Notes: a model not told the origin generated them from the letters alone. A stretch of 63,392 bases of DNA, filler included, from Aduncisulcus paluster (GCA_024181965.1; 11 parts of 11 records of this genome joined end to end with filler, not necessarily neighbours in it), one strand, 5' to 3'. Positions 49,425-63,392 are shown, numbered from the whole stretch's first letter. A program made the numbers and translations.

Positions 49425-52400
49425 AGTGACAATACTGCAAGGGATTCTGATAAAATCGAAGTCGATGACACCCCACGTGTGATTGAACAAGAGTCTGCCC
49501 GTTCTATTCCCGTTGATTCCTCTGATTTCCTTCTATTCAACCCAGATTACCCCTCAGAGATCCCTTTCCAAGTTCCCGAGATGCCAGACCCTGTGTTTGC
49601 CTCAATCTCTGACTCAACAACACATTTCCCTTTCCCCTTGACTCCACAGACCCCCACTCGCATGACTAGTCTCGTTGCTCTCCCTGATAATCTTTTAACA
49701 TGCTCCGAAGCCACTGAAAGTGATGTGATGACCCACGGCTTTGTGTGTGGGTTTGATGACGGCTCTGTGAGAATGTACATCCTTTCCCAGACTTCAGATG
49801 TGACTGACTCTGACGGTAATGATATGATTCTAGCCTCGAGGAATGCGATGCAACCAGGTGGCAAGAAAGGAATTGCCTCTGGATGGATTTCCAGGGATGA
49901 ACTTACTTCTCTGAGATCTTCCATCGCGTGTGAATGTCCGTCGTTGCCTGCTTCTGCTTCACTCGGAGAAATCAAGAAAGGAATGATCTACGAGAAAGTT
50001 ACTCAGACTCCATCTTCCTCATCTCCTTCATATCTCCGTGAGACCCTTGTCCTTGTCTCGACCTTATCTCCCTCATGTAGTCCAATCAAGGCTCTCTCTG
50101 TTAATGATAGGTTAATCGTTGGGTTAGATACAGATAATATGCTCTCTGTCATTGGTATTGGCAGCAACTCTGGCGATGTTCATGGTCACAAATCTATCTC
50201 CTTGACGGGTATTGGTATTGAGTTAATTATGATTGGTTATTACACTCTCCCATCAACATTTATTCGGGCCCACAGTCCACTTCTTATACTTACTAAGGGT
50301 GCATACCATGTTCTTGTCTTCTCTGCAGCTTCTGATGGGGATAAAAGATGCATTTGTGTATCATTACCCCACAACCTAGATGAGATTGAACGAGACCGCA
50401 AGAAACTTCTCGATGAAGAGATGAAATCAAGCGCCGCCGCCCAGGTTGGTAAAGAGGAAGTGAGTGAACGTGTCAAGAAAGTAGCCAATTCCGCTCTTAT
50501 CAATCGAGAAGGTGAAGGAACAGATGAAGGAAAGGCCATATCTGCTACCGATGCCCCTGCTGAGCTTAAGAAGGACATTCTCCCTTCGCTATCTCTCTCT
50601 GAACATCTACCACATCCGCCTACATACGTTCACTTGACCTTACCACGTTTATTGCTTCCTCGTAAAGAAGAGCTTGACATTGTGTCGCATTCAAGGGCTG
50701 TCAAGAAGCTTCATGAGGAGCTTGAGCTTGCTCAGATGGATAGTGAAGACGCCGCTGCCATCGCTGCTCGTAAACTCCTTGAAGGAGCTGGGAAAGACAT
50801 GGGAGAAGATGTCCATCTCACTGAAGAAGAGATTCAACGCCGTAAAGAGCGTGAAGAAGAGAAGGCATTCGCTGAGAGTGAGGAGGAGCTTGTGTTTACC
50901 TGTGAAGAGGTTCAATTGCCCAGAGTTGAGAAGGAAAGAGAACCAGGAGAACGTGTGAATGACCCTACACCCTTCATTGTGATGCGAGTAACTGTATCCG
51001 AGGATAAAAATATTCCTGAAGGGAGTGATGCTGACTTGCGTGATGCCAGGCTTCGTCATCGGAACATGCACTTATATACTTGGGATGTCGATGAGCTTGT
51101 GAGACGGAGTGACTTTCAATGGGCCCAACGCAACGTAGAGAAAGTAGAACACGATGTCATTTGTGAACGTAAAGTTGTTATCCAATCTCCAAGCATTTCG
51201 CATTCCTCTGTCTCTGCCTCTTCCTCTTCCACTGTCGAATGTAAGAGTACCTCGACCATTTCCTCTTCCTCTGCTTTGTTTATGTCCCCCTATTACTTCA
51301 CTCTCTCTGTCAAGGAGCATGAAGCACGCATCCAAGAGATCCGTGACCTTCAACATGCTATTGACATGGAGATGAGAAAGAAGAAAACGGACGAAGAAAA
51401 GAAGAAGAAAGGAGACGATAAGAAAGAGGCGTCCGAGCCAGTATCTGATAAATCTAGTAATGAAGAAAAAGAGAAGAAACCTCTCTCAGATTCCTCTTCT
51501 GCTGATTCCAGTAAGAAAACAGATAAAGCTTCTGATCATAAGAAAAAGAAAACATCTCCTTCTGGAANNNNNNNNNNNNNNNNNNNNCCCCCTATTACTT
51601 CACTCTCTCTGTCAAGGAGCATGAAGCACGCATCCAAGAGATCCGTGACCTTCAACATGCTATTGACATGGAGATGAGAAAGAAGAAAACGGACGAAGAA
51701 AAGAAGAAGAAAGGAGACGATAAGAAAGAGGCGTCCGAGCCAGTATCTGATAAATCTAGTAATGAAGAAAAAGAGAAGAAACCTCTCTCAGATTCCTCTT
51801 CTGCTGATTCCAGTAAGAAAACAGATAAAGCTTCTGATCATAAGAAAAAGAAAACATCTCCTTCTGGAAAGAAAAAATCGGCTGTCGTTCCTGTTCCTGC
51901 TAAAAAGATCGGAATGCCGGTATTTTTCCCTTCTAACTTCTTCCATTTGCATGCATTCACCCTCACAAGTGCAGTTTCTCAGTTCACTGATGAAGGAGAG
52001 GTTCTCCAAGGTGTCATTGTGAGTGTCAGTGACGGTGGACATTGTATATTTAGGAAATACCGTGTACTTCACGGAGATGAAGTGTTGAGCAACATTCAGC
52101 ACGAGAGAAGGAATGAATGGGATGAGAAATCCTTCATTAACGAACGTATCCCAAGCTCTGATGATCCCTCACCCATGGCTGTCGTCGAGTCTATGTCCTC
52201 TCTTCAAGTATCTTCGCTCTCTTTTGTCATTGAGAATCCGCTCCCCTCCCTCCGTGCATTCGCTCCTTCTTCTCTGAGTATTTGTGGAGGTATCTTATGT
52301 GTGAGTTGTGTTGATGGTGAGGTTAGTCTAATTCCTCTACCGTGGGGATGGGAAAGGAAGAGAAGCTGGGAGATCTCTCAGAAACTTCCTTCCCTCGAAT

Positions 52401-55400
52401 TGCTGCTCAATCCTTCAATCATGTCCTCACGGGCATTCACATGTTTTGTTTGCGAAGGAATTCCAAGCTCTGACAACAAACAAAAGGAAAAAAGTATGAT
52501 CATATCCAAACCTACTGAATCGATAGCCCAGCTTGTAAGAGATACTTATTCACAAATGCCCAAGTCAAAAGAGAGTCATCTCTCGGTGGAACAGGAGCTT
52601 CACCAACGCATGATCAACAATGCGTTTGCATATGGACAGCGTATCAAGAGTCATACTTTGAATAGAGTTGACCGTCTCAGGCGGGAATACGAACGTTTGT
52701 TGGTTCAAAATGATAAGCTTGAAGAGAAAGAAAGGATCGATATTGATGAATTTTACAGTGTTGATGGTATGAAGTTTGATGAGGTTCTGACAGCCAAGAT
52801 GCGCGCCAAACTGGGCGAAGTGGAACGCAGGAATTTGTTCTCTATTATTAAAGAACAAACTCAGACAAAGAAAACACTCGATTTTCTATTTTTAGAAGAA
52901 GAGACCGGTGTTGTCGGTGTAAGTAACTTTTATGTTGTTCCTGGTGAGACTATTGAGCATCCTGAATTAGTTGAGGAGCTTGAGGAGGAAGCACAGACTA
53001 CAGAGAAGGTTATTCATGGACCTCAGACATCTCTTCCTCCTCTCCCCTCTCTCTCTTCTCTCCTCTCCCACGCACTGCATCCTTCTGTGTGCATGAGTGT
53101 GAGAGTCAAGAAGGATGATAATGCCACGGTCGATGTGGACGAAGACTCCAGTTCTGAGGGAGACGATGATATTCGTCACCACCAAGGAACCAAGAGAACT
53201 GAACAAGACACCGAGGGACGGAGAGACGGAACACAAGGACCCATGACCACTGATGATATTATTTCTCCATCTCAGGCGGGCGAAGAGAAGCAACAGTTGA
53301 TCAAAGGCCATGAAACTACTTCCTCTGTCCCTGCTCGTAGCTCTTCTTCCACTTCCATGGCTGCTTCATCCATCTCTCAATCGACTACAACAGCCGCTTC
53401 TGGTGAATCTGATGCTGTGTACTCAAGAGGAAAGAAAGCAAGGGAGAGAGCAAAGAGAAGAGAGGCAAGAGAACAGGAACTTGATCGTTTGAAGGCAGAT
53501 GAGCCTCCTCCTTTGACAGATGAGGACAGAGCTCTCCTGGCATCAATCAAGGATAACATTGGTATGTGGCACTTGAAGCGGGATGAAGAAGATGGGAACG
53601 AGCTCCCTTCACTCGATTCTGACGATTCCTCTGGAAATCAAAAAGGAGGAAGAATCGAGAAACGTACAACTCATAAAACTCCTACTGGGGCAGTTGACAA
53701 GTTAAAGCATGGACACAAAGCTATTATCGAGAGTGTTTCTGGCTCTCATCCGAATCCCTCTGGTTCTGATGCTGACTCTGATGACTCTTTCGAGGCCAAC
53801 CATGCCGATTTCAATGTAGCTTATAAATACAGACAACTCAAAGCCCTCACTGTTTTCTCTGGGGAACTTAAGCGTCGTTTCAACTCGATGTTCTTGGAGA
53901 TGATGCTCAACAAGAAGAAAGTCAAGGAATCTGTGAAAGGAATGCTTGAGAAAGTGTCATGTCTCACTGCACAGCTTGAGAAATTTGTAGGCTCTGGAAT
54001 TTCGATCTCTGAGTTTGTTGAAATGTGCTCTTCTTTCCCAGATATTGAGGAAATTGTCAATGTTATATTCCGCAAAGAAGATGCCGGAATTTGTGTTCTA
54101 TCACTCGGTGAAGATATGTATCTTGAGGGAGATGCTCCCAATGCTCTTACAATCCAGAAACGTAGATATCTCCAGTGTGTCACCATGGCAGAGATTAGGT
54201 CTTTCTTTATTGCTCAGAAACAAAAGGCTCTTGAAGAAGAGAAACGTAAAAAGGCAGCCCTAAGTGGAGGATTTGGTGGACTTACAAAGCAAGATGTTGA
54301 GACTGACGATAATGGGAAGGGAGGGAAGACATCTGATGCATTCTCCACTGCACCTGGAGCTCGTGTGAAACGGAGGGAAGGTGTGTTTGGAGAAGTGAAT
54401 GAGATTGAGCCCATCAATGTGTCTGATCATCTCACAGAACTCACAGTGATTGAACCTGAGCTCTGTGATGGTGGAAAGATTGATCATACCGTTGCCATGG
54501 ATGAAGAGTGGAAGACATCTGCATCCGTTGCTGCACTCAGTCCTGCCGCCAAGGCTGCCAAGGCTGCTAACGATGCACTTATGGCGAGATTACTGGACGA
54601 CAATATCCTTTATGATCCTCTGAATGGACGTATTTTACCAGCTTCACATGTCCTCGATCCCTTCTGTGTCACACCACCGACTTTCGTGCATAAATCTAGG
54701 GGCCCTGATGGTCTTCGCTCCTTCGTTGAGCAATATGAGCGTGAAGAGGAAGAACGTGCTCTTTCTGAAGCTGCTACTGCCAGAAATCGTGCCAATATCC
54801 ACACTCCCAGCAAGCACCAGATTACAGCCAAATATGGACGTTTACCACGTTCATTTGCAGGTACTTCCACTGATTTATTGGCCAATTACCTTACAAACGA
54901 TGAAGAACCCACCCCTCTTCCTACCTCTATTGCCAAATACACCCCTGACAACTCTTTGATGCTTCACAGTCCCGCGATGTCCCCATTCCTCTCAATGCCT
55001 TCTTTATTACCTCACCACGTCCGTAGTCAAGCCCTTGCCATTCAGACTCAACGACGTGAGCTTTTCCGTCGAATCTTAGGTTCTCTTCTTCTTTTCAACT
55101 CCCAACACAGGAATCTTTGTAAAGTTAGAACAAGTGTTGTGCGTGATCTGAAACATGGTCAAGTGCGCGCAAGTGTTCTAATTAAAGAAATTGAGCTTCT
55201 CAAGAGTGCTGAGCAAAAAGATGATCTCTTAAAGCAAGAATGGCGGAAGAGGAGAGAAGAGAAGGTCACTGCTATCTTTGGCCTTGTCAACATTGCCAGG
55301 AAAGTGGAAGAAAGTAAGAAGAAGAGCCACCTTCTTGAGGATAAAGCTGCTGCCCTTAACAAGGAATTCAATGACATTATACAAACGGACGGTCTTGATA

Positions 55401-56671
55401 AGGTTGTGAAAGAACTTCTCACGAAAGTCTACAAGAAGAAGAAAGGAAGAGGTGAAGAGGACGAAGGAGAGGAGGATGACATGGAATGGGACTTTGACGA
55501 CGATGACGACGAAGATGAGGATGAGGATTGTCCTGAGGATTGCCCTGAGGAAATCTGGGACAGAGTTCAGGCCATGGTCCTTGAGAAAGAGAGTCTTGAA
55601 GAACAGATCCAAGAGATTCAGAGAGTTCTTGATGGAAGCAAACGTGATGTTCTTTCCCTGCAGAGATGTGTGACAACTGCTGACAACATGCTCGAGGAAT
55701 GCAAGAAAGAGATTGCTGCACAGACTCTTCGTAAACGTAAGATGTTGAATTCTATTGACTGTGTTCTGTGTGTCAAGCCGAGTCAGCTTAAACACGTCAG
55801 CTTAAACAAGTGGAAGGAGCAGTTGATTGATGAAGAGAATGCCCAAGCAGATGCACATGAGGATCAAGAAAAGAAGTCTGCCAGGGATGCAATGAAGTCC
55901 GCTAGGGATGAGCGCAAGAAGCTTAAGAGCAGTCGGAAGAAGAAGGAGCAAGAGGCTGAACGTAGCCCTGCTCACGAAGAGGAAGAGGAAGACACAATCT
56001 GTCCAAACGATTTCTCACATGCTATTGTTTTCTCCAAGAGTTCCCTCGCTCACCTGAAACAAACAGCTCAGGATCATGTTGCTGCCAAACGTGCTATTTT
56101 GGTATCCAGGAAGAAGATGAGAGAAGGGACAGCACAACTCGCAAGAGAGCATGCTCAACTCGCTGAAAACCTGAAACACGAGCAGAAACGCTTGCTTGAC
56201 GTGCAGAATCTGAAGTTTGGTCGTCCTGTCGATCTGACCCTGCTTGATGCCGCTGCTGTGAATCCAGATGCCGAGAAGTACATGGTTGAACGGATGGATT
56301 CTGATAAGGTTCATTCCGAAACGATGCAAGATCTTGTTCTGAAGCGTAAAGAGGTTGATGCCGACTATCAACAAGCTCTGAAGGAAAACACTGATGCCGT
56401 CAAATATTTATCCCATCTTGAAGAGCAGAAGTTGCGTCTTGGCCAGAAGCTTGAGAGCTATGTCCAATCCACTCTCTCCACGGCTGGGCCTGATCGTGAA
56501 ACTGGTGCTCATCGTGAAGAATTGATTGAGCTTGATAAGATGCAAAAGATGTCGAGAGAGCTTCGTGATGAATGTGATACACTCCGTGCGACTGTTATGT
56601 TGCTAAGATGTAAAAGTGGAAGCATTCGAGAGGCCGGAGAAGATGAATTTGTTCCGGAAGGTCCCATGTAG
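49425..56671 (+). CDS. CFAP44: Cilia- and flagella-associated protein 44 (WDR52/FAP44)-like, 5'-partial; ORFs 49479..51677 and 51668..56671 are one gene
   Basis: WD40 segments (FVCGFDDGSVRMY, VSVSDGGHCIF) are followed by long coiled coils with IGMWHLK, LTKVYKKK...acidic...DCPEDCPEEIWDRV, LNSIDCVLCVKPSQL and DVQNLKFGRPVDL. Bases 51288-51567 are duplicated after the gap. Confidence 0.75.
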
Positions 56672-57100
56672 GTGAAGTTTTATTGAATAAATCTGTTATA
56701 AGTATGTTTCTTACATGTTCGGAATACATTATTTGCATAAAGACATTCTGTTGGCTATTCTACAGAATTAATGCTTGGAGCAAATTTAGTATTCCGAAAT
56801 AAAATATTAATTCCAGTTTTTGGATTCCCATCCAAACCAGCCTGGCCAAAAAATAAGTTTCTTGATTTTTGTCCCAAGTAATCTGTACTCTTCCCAATCA
56901 AAAGGCGAGAGTTTGTTTTATTTTTGTTTAACATTGTCAAAAGTATTCCCATAATCCTTGTTGTATGTCAAATTCTCCATGAACAGATTAAATGGAATCG
57001 GACACATTGATCTGAACATGGTATCAGAACGTTTTTATCTCCTTTGAACCACTTACTTTTCTTGTTTAACATTTTCATTAGATACGATATCAAATTATCA

Positions 57101-57416
57101 ATGAGTTCATCCACAGATATTGAAACCATAAAGTGTGAGGTTTATGTTGCTAGAGGAGGCTTTGATTGCAATCCAATTCCCAGAGATGGTCCTAACGTTA
57201 AGAATCCAGAGTTTACGAGTATTGTGGCTAGCAATGAAACCGAGGAAGAAGGATCACCTGGCTTCGATCAAAGTTCTGGTGCACAAAAGATGATGCGTGG
57301 AGAGGAGAATTATGATTCTATCTTTACTTTTATCTCGCTTCCTTTTTCTTCTCCTACCCCAATGAAAGGCGCTTATATCTGTTTGGATTGTAGTTTTTTA
57401 CCAGAACATCTTCTCT
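57101..57416 (+). CDS. N-terminal fragment of a lineage-expanded hypothetical protein family
   Basis: ATG at 57101. The sequence CNPIPRDGPNVKNP...FDQSSGAQKMMRGE...FTFISLPFSSPTPMKGAYICL resembles a family I recall as highly expanded in Aduncisulcus paluster (unverified). Confidence 0.6.
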
Positions 57417-57516
57417 NNNNNNNNNNNNNNNNNNNNNNNNNNNNNNNNNNNNNNNNNNNNTTAATTAATTAANNNNNNNNNNNNNNNNNNNNNNNNNNNN
57501 NNNNNNNNNNNNNNNN

Positions 57517-60047
57517 TTTCCTTCTTTCGTGGAAGGAGAAAAAAGAGACGAACTTCCATATTCATAGGTATTTGCAAGTGGAAATGATGAACAAGTCTGT
57601 GTATCGACCTTGTTTTCAACATCTGGACTATCAAGAGAAGGGGCAGATAGCTCAGGAATATGATCAGAGTGGGTGAGAGGGAAGGTGGGGGGGTGAGCGG
57701 GAGCTCCGAATGACAATGATTGTGCATTGAAATTGATATTGCCGTCTCTGGGCGGTTCCTCTGGCGCCGGTAACCGGTATCCGATCGATTCAGAAGAAAT
57801 AGGAAGGCAATACTCGCCGTGATTGGTGCCAATACGATCAGTATCATGGGATTGGGAAGAGTGTGACTGACTTTCGGAACGAGTGGATATTATTTGAGTG
57901 TGTGCATACTGAGCAGACTCTGCAGAAGGATTTGAGTGGTCACTGAATTGCGACTGTCGCCGATCGTGTCCATTCTGGTGGCTACTTGCGGTGGATTCAT
58001 GAGTGAGATAGCCACCCATTGATGGGGAGTAGTACATCGGGAATGAGGATATCACGGAGGTTTTGGGATGGGAGGAAGGCGAGTGAATCGATGGAACTCG
58101 ATGAGAATGTTGTTCACCGAAATGGAAAGAATCATCATCATGTTGGCATCCATGCATTGGTGAAGAAGAGAAGATATGATCATCCTTTTGCGAGGGTCTT
58201 GTTTGGGTGGTTGTGCGATGGGAATCGTCAGAGGAAGAGTAGTGGAGAGATGGGTGAACCATACTTCGATGGCTTGGGACGAACATGGAGGCGCGCCGAT
58301 AGTCCCCAGGCAATCCTGATGAGAAAGAGGATTGGACGTCGGGTTTGTCTTGCCAAGGTTCGGACGCATCAGGGGGGCTGGGATTCACCCGCTGAGTGGA
58401 TTTGATTTGGATATCGCTGGGGTTTATCCTACGCTGAACAACACCCGAATAAGGAGTCCCGTCGTGAGGAAGAGGGAGAGACGGGTTATTTTTAGCTATC
58501 GGTGTCATTGGAACACGATCCGTTGGATCAATGAGATCAACAGCAACAGTGTCAGGGCACATACGGGGAACGCATTGACGCTGATGATGGTACATTGATG
58601 GAATGTCAATAACCACAGCATTAGAGCTCTTTGGATGGCCTCCTCCTCTGCCACCTTGATGCTGGTACACAACTTGTCTCTGCCGTGAAGAAGAGATCTG
58701 AGAGGTTGTTCTATGGTGATGAGAAAGAGAAGGGAGAGAAGCGGTGGAGTGATGTGAAGGCTCAGAGAGGTATAGCGGCAAGGAGGCTGGCGAGTACCCA
58801 GAAGATGAGTGAGGAGGAAGGGGATTGGGGTACAATGAACTCGGAGGAGGGTACTGAGGGAGTACCTTGGGGATAGAGGAAGGATCGGTCATACTAACGC
58901 TATGAGGAGAATAGGGGGGAACAGGCAATGTCGCAGATACACCCGGATGATGATGGTAATGAGAGGATACGGGGTATGATTTGGGGGGATCATCAATGAA
59001 GTGGTGGGATAAATGGGGGAAGGAATCCATTTGAGCGCTTGATGTTCCCTTGGAAATGGAGGAAAGTGGAGTGGGGATGGAATATGCAGATGAAGAGAGA
59101 GATGGTGGATCTAGGGGGGGGATGGATGCTTCATAGCCTCGATCATTACTCATTGGGGTCATGGAAACCTTTGAAGAAGGAGGAATGTAGTGGAGCTTGT
59201 CATATTGGGAGGCTGACGATAATTGAGATACAGAATGGGAAGATAACCTTGGGCGGCTGGATTTCTCAGGAAATTTAAACCAAGTCATGGCAGAATCGCT
59301 AGAAATAACTCGGCTGGACGAAAATAACTCAGGTTTATACCGTGAATAAAGAGGGGGTTGGGAAGGAATAGAGGATCTCGGATTCTGTAGCTTTGCCATA
59401 ATCTCACTGGTAAAATCACTTGGTTTTTCAGTCGTGGGTCGTTGAATACTTTTGCGGGCACGTCTTTTGTCAGAAGATGGCAGCAGGAGAACTTTTCTGA
59501 GCACCTTCATTTCTTCATCACTTCCAAATCCAATGACAAGCGATTGGGGATGTGAATTTGTTGAATCATCAGCTTTTACAATGAAATAATGGTGATGGAT
59601 CGAAGCAGCAGCATTTCTTAACTTGCGACATTTGCATGGGAAACGAAACGCTTTTTGAAATGTAGGATTCATCCGAACAGTTGATAAAAAGAATTCTTTG
59701 CCCCCAATTCTGGAGTGGATATGGCAAAAAACATGAGTATCAAGAATCTTGTGTTGATGATCAGATAATGAAGGGAATTGAAGTTTGATTACCAATAAGA
59801 AATGTTTGACGGTTCCCAAAATCACACTAAAAGACGTTGATGTTTGGAAAGAAGGGAGCTCATACTCTTTCAGAGAATCAATAACAGCTGAGTATCTTTC
59901 CCTTGTAAACTTTTCTTTGTTTTTTGTAAATAATACTTCATTCTGTGGTGATAATGGCACAGAAGTAGCATAGGGTAGCGAAAATAGAAAAGTATAAAAA
60001 TGAAAGTGAGGATTTGACCCAGAATTCGAATTTTGGATGATATCCAT
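57517..60047 (-). CDS. Hypothetical protein: PH-like N-terminal globular region plus Ser/Pro/His-rich disordered tail, 3'-partial
   Basis: Long ORF from ATG 60047. A beta-rich segment ends ...SLVIGFGSDEEMKVLRKVL, which resembles a PH C-terminal helix (tentative). Confidence 0.7.
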
Positions 60048-60479
60048 TCAATGATAATAAATAAACAAAAAGAACTGATAGTTACAGAAGAAAATATGAT
60101 GAAAGGCAGAACTATCAGGAAAAAAAAGGAAGGAAATCTAGTTTTGCAACAAAACGTGATGAGATCATTTTTTTTTTGCGTCGCCGTCTATCAGAATTAG
60201 AACGATATAATTCCTTACTCTGATAATAAATTAAAAATTGATACCTTCTATTTTTTGAGATATCTTATTAATTTGTGATTTTCTTAGTATTTCAACTGGT
60301 AGAATCGGATTTCACAATACAATTATTCAGCCCATTAAATAAACATAATAAATATAAAATCCAATGTTTTATTACATTAATTGTAAATCATATTATTAAT
60401 ACCATCCATTCAACAGTTCTGAAAAATGAAGAAAAAAATGGTCAATTTTCCGAAATATTGGTCAATAAAACAGTTTCGA

Positions 60480-60741
60480 TTACTTCTTTCTTCCAAGAAT
60501 CTTTCCGCGGCGTCCTCTTCTCTTTTCTTTTTCCTTCTTGCTGCCCTTTTTGTCATCTTCCGGTGACTCCTTCTTCACGGGCTTTTCATCCAACAATCCT
60601 GTCGTGGCAAGGCGTTCCATCCTCTTCCTCTCTCTTTCGAGCATTCCTCCTGGGGGGTTCTTCCTTTCTGCCTCATCTTCCGTGAAACTCAACCGTTCTC
60701 GACATTGTTCCATCATTGAGGTTCCATTCAAGATCTCAGTG
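60480..60741 (-). CDS. C-terminal fragment of a basic hypothetical protein
   Basis: The frame is open from the linker to TAA at 60480, with a Lys/Arg-rich end followed by an AT-rich spacer. Confidence 0.55.
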
Positions 60742-60841
60742 NNNNNNNNNNNNNNNNNNNNNNNNNNNNNNNNNNNNNNNNNNNNTTAATTAATTAANNN
60801 NNNNNNNNNNNNNNNNNNNNNNNNNNNNNNNNNNNNNNNNN

Positions 60842-63392
60842 CTTCTGAATGTGTTTTTTCTCCCAAGAAATTAAGTTCAGCCGAAACAATCTCCGGAATT
60901 GAACATGAATGGACGATTCTATCAATAATGGCTCGAATATTAGCCTCGAATACTTCATAATCATCCAATTTATCGGCAGAATCATCGTCTTTTGCCGATG
61001 AAGTTGATTTCTTCCCCTTTCCTGCAGCACTCTTTCCACCTTTATCTTTTCCGGCATTCTTATCTTTTCCTTTCTTGGGTTCCTCGCTTCCACCTACGGA
61101 AGCTTCAAATTGTTCAACAATGTCCCGACTTTCATCAAAAGATTCCCAAATTGATTTGCTTTTAGGTATCGTATCTTCAGAACTCTTTTTGTCTTTTTCT
61201 TTCTTTCCTTTGGTGTCTTTACCTCCTTTTCCGGCATTCTTGCCTCCTTTTCCGGCATTCTTAGCTTTCCCCTTAGAATCTTTCGCAGATCCGGATGAGA
61301 TTTCTCCATCTTCTCCACTAAAGTCCATTTCCTTGATATCAAGAGCAAAGGGAAAAGAAACAATAAACAAACAACATTTGTCAAAGCAAGAAGCAAAATA
61401 ATTGATTAAAATGGACACAAAACGTTGTAGATTGGAAAACAAAGAAATAACATGATTGAAACAAGCCTTGGTCTCTTCAACACAAATATCTTTCTCAGTT
61501 CTAATAATAGATGACAATTCGGTGTCACGCCATCCCTTTTTAATCTCTCGAATAATCGTAGAATGTCTATTTTTAGAGGCTAAAGTATGATTCCCCAAAT
61601 TTACAAGAGCATTCGTGAATTGGGTCTTCCAAAACGATACAATAGAATTAAAACAGAATTGCATGCAAGTTTGTGTGAATAAAAACAAAGCCTGTCTCGA
61701 AAGAGGGTTAATCTTTCTCATTAAAACTCCTTTAACGTGAATACAAACAGATTTAAGCTTTTGGTGAACCTCCTCAATTTGTTCTGGAGATGATATGGAA
61801 CACATCACATCAAGTTTATCAGCCAGTTTCTTCGTAGGAACGATTAAAGAAGACGAAATAGCCATGAGAGAAGACAAGGATGTCTCTATATCTGGATGAC
61901 AAGGAAGGGGAATAGAAGAACCAGAACATATTACTCTCTTGCTCGCTTGTTCCAAGGTCTTCTTCTTCTTCTCCCGCTTTCTTAATTATTTTCTCCCCTT
62001 TACCTTTGTCTTTGCCTCCTTTTCCGGCATTCTTGCCTCCTTTTCCGGCATTCTGACCTCCTTTACCCTTGCTTGCTCCTTCTTCATTTTCTTCTTCTTC
62101 CCTTTCCAGACTCTTTTCTTCTTCTTCACGAAGCTTAGCATTCAAATCAAGCTGCTTAACAACATCAATGATTGAAATTGCATTCAAGTCCCCTTCCTGT
62201 TGATCATCAGCATCAGTGGAGTGGAACCAAGCAAGACAAACCTTGACGAGTCTCTCAAAGCGTCCAAAAATAGACACAACATCGGGCAAAGATGAAGTAT
62301 TCGAAGCCAAAATATCATCCTTTGAGCTTGCAATGAATGAAGCAAACCGAGATACCTTGTCACTGGCTTTTATGAACTCCTGTACATCCGTTTGAAGCCT
62401 TATTAACTGTGTATTAACACGAGCATTAGTTTTTGAATAGGTTTGTTGATCAGCCTTCTCAGATTTCTCAGTCTTAAGTTCAGTATCAAGCTTAACAAGA
62501 CATAATCTTTCACTCAAATCAGCATTCTGCTTTGCAACGGCATAAGTCTGACGTAATCTACCGGCAATATCCTCTCCAACGAGCCCACACCTGTTTGTGA
62601 TTACTTCAGAGATCTCAGAGGCATCAATAAGACCTTGTGGGTCATTCTTGACTTCAATATTAAACGAACGAATTGTCTCGGAGGACACGATGATTCGTCC
62701 AAAAGAAATCATAGTTTTAGAAGAGCTTTCTGAATCAGACTGCTCATCTCCTCCTTTTGTTTTCTTTGAAGAATCTTTTCCTTTTCCTTTCGCTCCTTTT
62801 CCTTTCGCCCCTTTTGATGCTTTCACATCCTCATCTTTCTCTTCATCTTCATCCGGCTGACCCAATCCATCACGTTTGGCAATCAATTCGAGTATTCTCT
62901 CATCCTCTTCCTTCGTAACTTCCATCTCAGACACCCATTGTACCCATTTCCACTCCGTATCCTCACCAAACTCTTTCTTTTCTTCCATCTCCCATTCCAT
63001 TTCTTCTTCTTTCTTCATTTCACCCTTCTTGTCTTTCTTGTCTTTTGAAGCCTTGGAAGGAGATTTCCCCCCTTTTCCTCCTGCAGATGTTCCCTTAGGG
63101 CTGTTAACATTGGGAGATCCCGAGAGAGAGAGAGACTCAACACCTTCAGAGAGAGCCTGAGACCGTTCCTCTGCTTTTCTCTCCATTCTTTCTTGAATTC
63201 TAGCTCTTCTTGCCTCTTCAGCAGCTCTTTCTTCAATCATTCTTTTCTCGTCATCAGTCAATTTCACACGCTGTTTAAATGTCCTTCTTACAATTCTCTT
63301 CTCAACAATAGTCTTGATCTTCTTGAAATTAAAGTTTCTGCCACCTTTCACACCATTTCCAGCCCTTCCAGTCCTCCTGCTTGTAGGATTAG
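60842..63392 (-). CDS. Large Lys/Gly/Glu-rich hypothetical protein, internal fragment; two frames joined at about 61890-61935
   Basis: ORFs 61819..63351 and 60786..61955 share GKGGKNAGKGGK repeats, so they belong to one gene. A 43-nt GT-AG intron (61892-61934) or an indel reconciles them. Confidence 0.7.

Noticed and set aside
25309-56671. Functional clustering of the I1 dynein heavy chain with its tether subunit CFAP44
   Set aside because: They lie on different pieces separated by several artificial linkers, so adjacency carries no information.
56755-57040. Small minus-strand ORFs after CFAP44 (e.g. PFDWEEYRLLG...WPGWFGW)
   Set aside because: Short, in mixed frames, and with no recognisable family. 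They cannot be supported without a search.

Overview
This window is eukaryotic, AT-rich and gene-dense, and uses the standard genetic code. It is not one locus: ten artificial 100-nt linkers (N44-TTAATTAATTAA-N44) join 11 unrelated scaffold pieces, and seven 20-N gaps with duplicated flanks split or inflate several ORFs. The compact intergenic regions, GTATGT...TAG introns near start codons, axonemal genes and recognisable lineage-specific families suggest a flagellated protist. From memory it resembles a free-living fornicate such as Aduncisulcus paluster, but this is an unverified inference. Recognisable genes are an alpha2delta/CACHD1-like Cache membrane protein, a CLU-domain protein, a stand-alone FERM protein, an ADIP/SSX2IP-like coiled-coil protein, PCNA, a WD40 protein, a RING plus multi-TM protein, a xanthine dehydrogenase/aldehyde oxidase-family molybdo-flavoenzyme, a DNAH2-like dynein heavy chain C-terminus, a 333-aa-repeat helical protein, an SH3-SH3-PH protein, a BRWD/PHIP-like protein and CFAP44. 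There is also a decayed retroviral-type integrase. The most unusual signal is the XDH/AOX-family enzyme, which has lost all four Cys ligands of its N-terminal [2Fe-2S] cluster and has a remodelled substrate pocket. Two structured non-coding islands also stand out: a hammerhead-like fold at 231-312 and a closed multi-stem island at 13780-13926. I found no multi-gene novel system I can support.
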